Shown piece after piece: positions 6,087-12,414 of a stretch of DNA of 12,414 nt (position 1 is its first letter; each line of letters opens with the position of its first letter). The notes under the pieces were generated by a model, which was not told where the DNA came from, did not search any database, and saw only the letters and a list, made by a program, of their open reading frames with translations. Source of the stretch: an uncultured Aquificales bacterium (GTDB lineage Bacteria; Thermosulfidibacterota; Thermosulfidibacteria; Thermosulfidibacterales; Thermosulfidibacteraceae); assembly GCA_964453345.1 (NCBI GenBank), contig CAYVOC010000042.1, forward strand, positions 1 through 12,414. The letters are read 5' to 3'. Both the position numbers and the translations under genes were made by a program.

Positions 6087-7257
6087 CCTGTTCTTTGCGC
6101 TTTTCATCGTGTCAAACGCCCTTGCGGGATCCTGTGAGTTGCCCTTTAAGGGATACGAATACCCCGCTTCCTACCGGGATCTTTTTTCAAGGGAACAGGT
6201 GGAGGCCGTGAAAGCGGCGGTTGAGAAATGCAACATAAAGACCAAAAATAGGATTCGCAAGTTAAAAGGCGAGCTTGAAAGATTGGCTTTTTTGGAAAAG
6301 CAGTTGGATGCGAAGCCCTTTGCGGATCTTAAAAAGAGGCTGTCGCAGCTTTATTCGCTGCGCCGTGATCTTAAGTTAAAGATAGATAATGAGCTAACCA
6401 ATTTTTATGTTGATGGGCTTTTTGCGGTTGTTATCGATTCAGATGAACCTCTTCAAACTTCTCCTGGGAAGATCGCCGTTCCCTTTTTGACCGGGGTGGC
6501 TGTGGAAGGGGCAAGGGCGCGGCTGAGGAAGCTTTTGCCCGGTTACCCTCTGCCTTCTGGTGGTTCGGTTACTATTGAGCGGTCCCTTTACGGAATTTCT
6601 GAGTTTTACGGGGGAGGGTCTCAGTTCGTGGGGGTTTATCTTGTGAGAATTTATCCGTGCAGGAAATTGGGTTCGGTGAGGAAGGCAGAGGGAGTGAGGG
6701 TGGATGTTTTTGATCTCATGAATCCCGGCGTTTTTGGAAAAGTTAGAAGAAGGCTTGAGGAGATCTTTCCTCCCGAAGTGGCGGGGACTGTTCTGGACAG
6801 TCTCCAGGGGCTTTCCGTTATGTGGAGGGATGACCTGAAGCAGAGCAGACGGGATGCCTTTAGAAGGCTTGCCTCGGGATTGCAACCCCTTGTGGATAAA
6901 TATGGGAAGGTGCTTGGAGAGATCAAACGGCTTGAGGATAGACTGGCTGCGGCAAGAGACAGGCTAAAATCCATATACACCAAAATCCACTACAGCTGTT
7001 TAAGGGGCGATGCCCCGGAGCAGTGCCTTGCGGGTGCGAGGAGGGAGTTGTCTAGAAGGACAGGGGCTCTGAGGAGAAGATTGGATGTGGAGAGGTCTTC
7101 CCTCTTTTACTACGGGGAGGGAAGGGATGTTGGGGAAGTTGTGGGCAGGCTAAAGAGGCAGGGGCTTGCAATAGGAAAGATCTGGGTGTATCCATTCCGA
7201 AACACCGGTGGATCCGGTATTAGGGTGTTTGTTCTCTGTTCCGCTGGAGGTGATTGA
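6073..7257 (+). CDS. Hypothetical exported protein with signal peptide and coiled-coil segments (394 aa)
   Basis: Long ORF filling the gap between coupled genes. The ATG at 6073 has an AAGGA SD and gives a hydrophobic N-terminus MLVFSLFFALFIVSNALA with an A-x-A cleavage site. Contains heptad-like K/R/E/L-rich helices. No family recognised. Confidence 0.75.
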   Translation: MLVFSLFFALFIVSNALAGSCELPFKGYEYPASYRDLFSREQVEAVKAAVEKCNIKTKNRIRKLKGELERLAFLEKQLDAKPFADLKKRLSQLYSLRRDLKLKIDNELTNFYVDGLFAVVIDSDEPLQTSPGKIAVPFLTGVAVEGARARLRKLLPGYPLPSGGSVTIERSLYGISEFYGGGSQFVGVYLVRIYPCRKLGSVRKAEGVRVDVFDLMNPGVFGKVRRRLEEIFPPEVAGTVLDSLQGLSVMWRDDLKQSRRDAFRRLASGLQPLVDKYGKVLGEIKRLEDRLAAARDRLKSIYTKIHYSCLRGDAPEQCLAGARRELSRRTGALRRRLDVERSSLFYYGEGRDVGEVVGRLKRQGLAIGKIWVYPFRNTGGSGIRVFVLCSAGGD

Positions 7258-7259
7258 AT

Positions 7260-8465
7260 ATGCCACACGTGGTTGAGAAAAGCATAGAGGAAATCAACGA
7301 AAAGATAAAGAAGGGCAAGGTTGTGGTTGTTACTGCTGAGGAGATGATAGATATTGTTGAGGAGCACGGTCCGGAGGAGGCTGCGAGAAGGGTTGACGTT
7401 GTAACCACCGGCACCTTCGCTCCCATGTGCTCTTCGGGTGCCTTCATAAATGTGGGGCATCCCAAGCCGAAGATAAAGATGTGCGAAGCCTATCTTAACG
7501 GTGTTCCCGCCTATGCCGGGCTTGCCGCGGTTGATCTATACATAGGTGCCACGGCTCTTCCCAAGGATGATCCCAGGAACGCCGTATATCCGGGGCAGTT
7601 TCGCTACGGTGGAGGCCATGTTATAGAGGATCTGGTTGCTGGCAAGGATGTTGTTTTGAGGGCCTACGGATACGGAACGGACTGCTACCCGAGAAGGGAG
7701 CTTGAGACCTACATAAACATAAAGACCATCAACGAAGCCTTTCTGTTCAATCCCAGAAACTGCTATCAGAACTACAATTGTGCGGTTAATACCTCCAACC
7801 GTATGATCTACACCTATATGGGGGTTCTGAAGCCCAACATGGGAAATGCCACCTATTGCAGTGCGGGACAGCTTTCTCCCCTGCTCAACGATCCCTACTT
7901 CAAAACCATTGGCGTTGGGACCAAGATATTTCTGGCCGGCGGTGTGGGCTATGTGGTTTCCCATGGGACCCAGCACACAACCGATGTTCCCAGGGGAAAG
8001 AAGGGGGTGGTGAAAAAGCCCGCCGGGACCATAGCTGTTACGGGTGATATGAAGAGGATGAACACGAGGTATCTCAGGGGGGTCAGCATACTGGGGTATG
8101 GAGCCAGTCTTGCGGTCGGCATAGGTATTCCCATACCAGTTTTGAACGAGGAGATAGCCTGGCATACCTCCGTTAGAGACGATGAGATATGGACTCAGGT
8201 TGTGGACTACAGCCACGATTATCCCTACGGTGAGGGAAGGGTTCTGGCGGAGGTCAACTACGCACAGCTTAGGAGCGGGGAGATAGAGATAGCCGGCAAA
8301 AGGATCCCCACGGCTTCCCTTTCAAGCTACTACATGGCGAGGGAGATAGCGAATACCCTGAAGGAGTGGATAGCCTCTGGAAGGTTTCTTTTATCTCAGC
8401 CCGTGGAGCCCATCCCCTCGGAGGGCTTTGTTTGTAAGTCCCTGTCTATAAGACCAGTGAAGTAG
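7260..8465 (+). CDS. DUF39-family homocysteine biosynthesis protein (L-aspartate semialdehyde sulfurtransferase, MA1821/MJ0100-like), without CBS domains
   Basis: Family N-terminus KSIEEINEKIKKGKVVVVTAEE, then VDVVTTGTFAPMCSSGA, GLAAVDLYIGAT, YGGGHVIEDL, GTDCYPR, NPRNCYQNY, GQLSPLLNDP. The GGAGGTG SD at 7246-7252 fits the ATG at 7260. Confidence 0.9.
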   Translation: MPHVVEKSIEEINEKIKKGKVVVVTAEEMIDIVEEHGPEEAARRVDVVTTGTFAPMCSSGAFINVGHPKPKIKMCEAYLNGVPAYAGLAAVDLYIGATALPKDDPRNAVYPGQFRYGGGHVIEDLVAGKDVVLRAYGYGTDCYPRRELETYINIKTINEAFLFNPRNCYQNYNCAVNTSNRMIYTYMGVLKPNMGNATYCSAGQLSPLLNDPYFKTIGVGTKIFLAGGVGYVVSHGTQHTTDVPRGKKGVVKKPAGTIAVTGDMKRMNTRYLRGVSILGYGASLAVGIGIPIPVLNEEIAWHTSVRDDEIWTQVVDYSHDYPYGEGRVLAEVNYAQLRSGEIEIAGKRIPTASLSSYYMAREIANTLKEWIASGRFLLSQPVEPIPSEGFVCKSLSIRPVK

Positions 8466-8466
8466 A

Positions 8467-9723
8467 ATGAAGGTCTCTATAGTTACCCTTGGTTGTCCCA
8501 AGAACGAGGTGGACTCCTGGATTATGCGCTCCCACCTTGCGAGGGAGGGCTTTGAGCTGGTGGACCTTGAGGATGCCGAGGTGGTGATCGTCAACACCTG
8601 CGGATTCATAAGGGAGGCCAAGGAGGAGTCCATAGACACCATCCTGGAGGTGCTTGAGAGGGGCAAGAGGGTCTATGTGGCCGGCTGTCTCTATCAGAGG
8701 TATGGGGAGGAGCTTGTGAAAAGCCTCCCAGAGGTCTCCGGCTGGATCTCCTTGGGACAGGTCAGGGATGTCGCATCCATTCTGAGGGGTGAGGGGAAAA
8801 GGTGTATACTCCCGGCGGTCTTGCCTGAAGTCAGGGACTTCTCCTTCATAGCTCCCGTCTCCTTCGTGTATGTGAAGGTGGCTGAGGGATGCAGCAACAG
8901 GTGCAACTACTGTGCCATACCTTCCATAAGGGGAGCATACAGGAGCAGATCTGTGGCCAGTATCCTTGATGAGATACGATACTGGCTGGATATGGGGGCC
9001 AGGGAGATAATACTTATATCCCAGGATACGGCCCTTTACGGGAAGGATATTGGAGTGGAGAGGGGGCTTTTGACGCTGCTTGAGGGGATAGAGGGCATGG
9101 AGGGCGACTTCTGGGTCAGGCTCATGTATCTTCATCCGGCTCATCTTGATAAGAGGGTGGTTGAATTTGTGGCGGAGTCCGATAGATTTGTAAAATACCT
9201 TGAAGTTCCCTTCCAGCATGTAAGTGAAAGGGTGCTTTCCCTTATGGGAAGAGAGGGAGGGCGCAGGGCGGTTGAAAGGGTGGTGGAATGGGCGGAGGAA
9301 TTTGGAATATTTCTCAGAACCACCTTTCTCGTAGGGCATCCGGGAGAGAAAGAGAGGGATTTTGAGGAGCTCATCTCCTTCATTGAGGAGGTTAGACCCT
9401 GGAGGTTTTCTGTCTTTGGCTACTCACCTGAGGAGGGAACTCCCTCCTATTTTATGGAGCAGCTTCCCGAAGAGGTGGTTGCTGAGAGGGTTTCCGAAAT
9501 CACTCAGCTTCAGGACAGGATTCTTTACGAGAACTCTCTTGAGCTTGTGGGGAAAAGACTCAGGGCCATTGTGGATGGGGATGGAACGGCGAGAATATTT
9601 GCCATGGCGCCCGACATAGACGGGATTCTTGTCCTTGAGGATGAGGATGTGTCACCCGGAAGCTTTGTGGATGTTGTGATAGAGGACGCCATTGGCGTTG
9701 ATCTTGTGGGAAGGCCGTTATGA
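8467..9723 (+). CDS. rimO: Ribosomal protein uS12 methylthiotransferase RimO (radical SAM)
   Basis: UPF0004 domain LGCPKNEVDS / NTCGFI..AKEESI / GC, radical SAM motif CSNRCNYC, SQDT, RLMYLHP, SPEEGT and a C-terminal TRAM-like region with APDIDG. These are RimO-type rather than MiaB-type signatures. Confidence 0.93.
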   Translation: MKVSIVTLGCPKNEVDSWIMRSHLAREGFELVDLEDAEVVIVNTCGFIREAKEESIDTILEVLERGKRVYVAGCLYQRYGEELVKSLPEVSGWISLGQVRDVASILRGEGKRCILPAVLPEVRDFSFIAPVSFVYVKVAEGCSNRCNYCAIPSIRGAYRSRSVASILDEIRYWLDMGAREIILISQDTALYGKDIGVERGLLTLLEGIEGMEGDFWVRLMYLHPAHLDKRVVEFVAESDRFVKYLEVPFQHVSERVLSLMGREGGRRAVERVVEWAEEFGIFLRTTFLVGHPGEKERDFEELISFIEEVRPWRFSVFGYSPEEGTPSYFMEQLPEEVVAERVSEITQLQDRILYENSLELVGKRLRAIVDGDGTARIFAMAPDIDGILVLEDEDVSPGSFVDVVIEDAIGVDLVGRPL

Positions 9724-11276
9724 TGGTGGAGCTTTCCTTTAAGGTCCCCCTTGTCAAGGATTCTGACGAATATCTGAAGAAGCGCATCTGCGAGATCCTC
9801 AGGATCAAGAGGGATCTGATAAAGTCTGTCATCCTGCTTCGCAGATCCATTGATGCCAGGGATAAGGACAGGATGATATACGTGTTTTACAGGGTGGCGG
9901 TTGATCTTAAAGAGGAGATCCCTATTCCCTCCGGGATCAGGCGCTACAGGGCGCCTGCAGGATTCAGAATAAAGAGATGTTGCAAAAACCTGAGGGTGCT
10001 GGTTGTGGGGATGGGTCCGGCTGGATTGTTCTCTGCCTTGGCTTTGTCGGAGGCGGGGGTGAGGGGGATCATCGTTGACAGGGGGTGTCCTGTTGAGGAG
10101 AGGGTGAAAAGGGTTGAAGAGTTGTGGTCCTCGGGAGAGATTGATGAGAACTGCAATCCCCAGTTCGGTGAGGGAGGTGCCGGAACCTTTTCCGATGGCA
10201 AACTCACAACAAGGGTCAGGGATCCGAGGATATCCTGGATCTTTGAAAAATTTGTTGAGTTTGGTGCTCCGGATAGGATCTTGTATGAGGCCAAACCCCA
10301 TGTGGGCACGGACAATATAAGGAAGGTTGTGGCGAACATAAGGAGATACCTTCTGGATAAAGGGTGGCAGATTGCCTTTAACAGCAGGCTTGAGGATCTG
10401 GTCCTTGAGGGTGAAAGACTAAAAAGGGCTGTGATCAACGGTGATGCCCTGGGAGTGGATGCCTTGGTGCTTGCCCCCGGTAATGGGGCAAGGGACACCT
10501 TTAAAATGCTTCTGAACAGAGGAGTGGCCCTTGAGAATAAGCCCTTTGCCGTTGGGTTCAGGATAGAGCATCCTCAGGAGTTCATCGACCGCATCCAGTA
10601 TGGCAGATGGGCAGGCCATGATAGACTGCCTCCGGCTACCTACCAGCTGGCACACACCTTCAGGGATCTCGGAAGGGGTGTATACACCTTTTGCATGTGC
10701 CCTGGGGGCTATATCATATGCGCTGCGTCCTCCCGCAGCAGGCTCGTGGTGAACGGCATGAGCTACTATGCCCGAAACTCAGGGTATGCCAACTCGGCTG
10801 TGGTGGTGAGCGTGGATGGTAGGGATTTTGGAGAGGAGCCCTTGGCGGGTGTTCGTTTCCAAGAGGATCTGGAGAAGAGGGCCTATGCAGTTGCGGGAAA
10901 CTTTGTTGCCCCTGCCCAGCCTGTGGCAGAATTCATGGGGTATTCCCGTGGCAGGATAGAGGGGTGCACCTACAGGCCCTCCGTTGTGCATCACGATCTC
11001 TGGGAGGTTCTGCCAGGGCATCTTGCCCATCTGATAAAGAGGGGGCTTGGGATCTTTGGGAAAAGGATGAAGGGCTTTGACAGATGCGGGGTTCTGGTAG
11101 CCGTTGAGACCAGAACCTCCTCTCCTGTGAGGATACTGAGGGGTGAAACCATGGAATCCGTCAGCCTTGAAGGGCTCTATCCTGCAGGGGAGGGGGCGGG
11201 CTACGCTGGGGGCATTGTGAGCTCTGCGCTTGACGGAATCAGGGTTGCGGAGGCTATAGTTGAAAAATACGCTTGA
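9720..11276 (+). CDS. Uncharacterised FAD-dependent oxidoreductase (COG2509-like)
   Basis: VVGMGPAGL dinucleotide-binding motif, QFGEGGAGTFSDGKL, KPHVGTD, GFRIEHPQ, TFCMCPGG, VNGMS, ETRTSSPVRI, GEGAGYAGGIVSSALDG. ATGA overlap with the rimO stop. Confidence 0.9.
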   Translation: MMVELSFKVPLVKDSDEYLKKRICEILRIKRDLIKSVILLRRSIDARDKDRMIYVFYRVAVDLKEEIPIPSGIRRYRAPAGFRIKRCCKNLRVLVVGMGPAGLFSALALSEAGVRGIIVDRGCPVEERVKRVEELWSSGEIDENCNPQFGEGGAGTFSDGKLTTRVRDPRISWIFEKFVEFGAPDRILYEAKPHVGTDNIRKVVANIRRYLLDKGWQIAFNSRLEDLVLEGERLKRAVINGDALGVDALVLAPGNGARDTFKMLLNRGVALENKPFAVGFRIEHPQEFIDRIQYGRWAGHDRLPPATYQLAHTFRDLGRGVYTFCMCPGGYIICAASSRSRLVVNGMSYYARNSGYANSAVVVSVDGRDFGEEPLAGVRFQEDLEKRAYAVAGNFVAPAQPVAEFMGYSRGRIEGCTYRPSVVHHDLWEVLPGHLAHLIKRGLGIFGKRMKGFDRCGVLVAVETRTSSPVRILRGETMESVSLEGLYPAGEGAGYAGGIVSSALDGIRVAEAIVEKYA

Positions 11277-11700
11277 AACGCCGCTGGGTCCCCTATCTGT
11301 TCTGTTCGACGAGAAGGGGCTGGTCGTCAGAGTTCTTCTCGGCAAAGGGATCTTTTCTGAACATGTGAACCCCGCGGTGATGGAACGCTTGCATAAATAC
11401 CTTTCAGGTGTCCCGGTTGACTTTGAGGATATTGGGGTTTCCCTCAAGGTAACCCCCTTCGTCCACAAAGTTCTGAGGAGGGTTCGGCAGATTCCCTTCG
11501 GAAAAACGGTTACCTACGGGGAGCTTGCAAGGGAACTTGGCACATCCCCGAGGGCTGTGGGTATGGCCTTGAGCAGGAATCCCGTTCCCGTTATTATTCC
11601 CTGCCACAGGGTTGTGGGCAAAGGGGGAAGGCTTGTGGGGTTTTCCAGCGGACTTAAATGGAAGAGGTTTCTTCTGGAGATAGAGGGATGCGCAGAATAA
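11260..11700 (+). CDS. ogt: Methylated-DNA--protein-cysteine S-methyltransferase (O6-alkylguanine alkyltransferase)
   Basis: IPFGKTVTYGELA, PRAVG arginine-finger helix, NPVPVIIPCHRV active site and LLEIEG. TTG start with GGAGG SD at 11249-11253. Confidence 0.93.
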   Translation: MKNTLETPLGPLSVLFDEKGLVVRVLLGKGIFSEHVNPAVMERLHKYLSGVPVDFEDIGVSLKVTPFVHKVLRRVRQIPFGKTVTYGELARELGTSPRAVGMALSRNPVPVIIPCHRVVGKGGRLVGFSSGLKWKRFLLEIEGCAE

Positions 11701-12414
11701 AGCTGGTGGTTGCCTACGATGGGACAGGCTTCAACGGGTGGCAGGTGCAACCGGGAGCCAACACGATCCAGGGAGCTTTGCAGGAGGCCGTCTCCTCGGT
11801 TCTGAAGGAGAAGATAAATCTCGTTGGCGCCGGCAGAACCGATACAGGGGTCCATGCCCTGGGACAGGTGGCTCACTTTGATACGTCAAAGGACATGGAT
11901 GCGGAAACCATGCTGAGGGCCTTCAACGCCAACCTTCCTAAGGGCATCGTTGTAAGAAGGGTTGAGGATGTGGACAGAAGCTTTCATGCCAGATTTTCGG
12001 CTAAAAGCCGGATCTACAGATACTTTATAACGAAACTAAACCTGCCTTTCTTTACCAGATACGCCTGGCTTGTCCCCTATGATCTTGACGTTGATCTCAT
12101 GAAGGCGGCTGCATCCCTGTTTGTTGGGGAGCACGATTTCGCCTGCTACGGGAAGCCCATGGTCCCCGGTGGTAATACCGTGAGAACCGTTTATAGGTGC
12201 GATGTGAGGGCGCGCAGGTGGAGGATTGAGGTTGTGATAGAGGCAAACGCATTCTTGAGAAAGATGGTGAGGAATGTGGTTGGAACCCTTGTGAAGGTGG
12301 CATCCGGGAAGGCTTCCTGCGAGGATGTATCCCTATCCTTAACCCAGAAGAGGCCCGTGAAAGGGGTAAAACCCGCCCCGCCCCATGGACTCTTCCTCTG
12401 GGAGGTTAGGTATT
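11688..12414 (+). CDS. truA: tRNA pseudouridine(38-40) synthase TruA, 3' end at the window edge (absent from the ORF track)
   Basis: Hand translation from ATG 11688 is open for 242 codons: MRRIKLVVAYDGTGFNGWQVQP...AGRTDTGVHA (catalytic Asp)...FHARFSA..RIYRY...GEHDF...ANAFLRKMVRNVVG...APPHGLFLWEVRY. The stop probably follows immediately. Confidence 0.96.
   Translation, partial: MRRIKLVVAYDGTGFNGWQVQPGANTIQGALQEAVSSVLKEKINLVGAGRTDTGVHALGQVAHFDTSKDMDAETMLRAFNANLPKGIVVRRVEDVDRSFHARFSAKSRIYRYFITKLNLPFFTRYAWLVPYDLDVDLMKAAASLFVGEHDFACYGKPMVPGGNTVRTVYRCDVRARRWRIEVVIEANAFLRKMVRNVVGTLVKVASGKASCEDVSLSLTQKRPVKGVKPAPPHGLFLWEVRY

Noticed and set aside
6028..6135. Start at 6028, and a lipoprotein lipobox at ALAGSC
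   Set aside because: 6028 would overlap the nitroreductase by 59 nt, whereas 6073 has an SD and exposes the signal peptide. A-G-S-C fits the L-[AS]-[GA]-C lipobox poorly, so SPase I cleavage after ALA is more plausible.
8467..9723. Assignment as MiaB or MtaB
   Set aside because: LGCPKN, NTCGFI..AKEESI and APDIDG are RimO-type; the MiaB-type GCQMN is absent.
7536..11468. Long minus-strand ORFs 7536-8216, 8446-9339, 9525-10301, 10779-11468
   Set aside because: Each is antisense to a motif-rich gene. Their P/H/L-rich composition is what the reverse complement of GAG/AGG/GTG-rich coding sequence yields.
1..12414. CRISPR arrays, IS elements, prophage or defence genes, riboswitches, selenocysteine read-through
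   Set aside because: No spaced repeats, transposase/integrase/nuclease motifs or long non-coding tracts seen; the largest gap is 138 nt. TGA stops fall at expected protein ends and are followed by coupled starts.

Overview
Gene-dense, chromosomal-type region. It is bacterial (sigma70-like TTGACA/TATAAG promoter, Shine-Dalgarno sites, tRNA with encoded CCA, rimO, truA). The host is probably an anaerobic (hyper)thermophile; this is inferred from the DIP-pathway genes, the sulfide-dependent homocysteine synthase, frequent AGG/ATA codons and E/K-rich proteins. In order: tRNA-Ala(GGC) with its promoter; a minus-strand pair (NAD-dependent sugar epimerase, argJ); a divergent operon of myo-inositol-1-phosphate synthase (Archaeoglobus-like by my recollection) and bifunctional IPCT/DIPPS, the core di-myo-inositol-phosphate pathway; a half-size, probably leaderless GDT1/UPF0016 transporter overlapping the operon end; and a tightly coupled plus-strand run (small hypothetical, nitroreductase, secreted coiled-coil hypothetical, DUF39 homocysteine synthase, rimO, FAD oxidoreductase, ogt, truA). 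truA runs off the window and is missing from the ORF track. No mobile element, CRISPR array or defence system was seen. The best leads are the possibly archaea-derived inositol/DIP module, the C33 tRNA-Ala, and the DUF39-rimO-flavoprotein coupling. All family calls come from motif recognition, not database searches.
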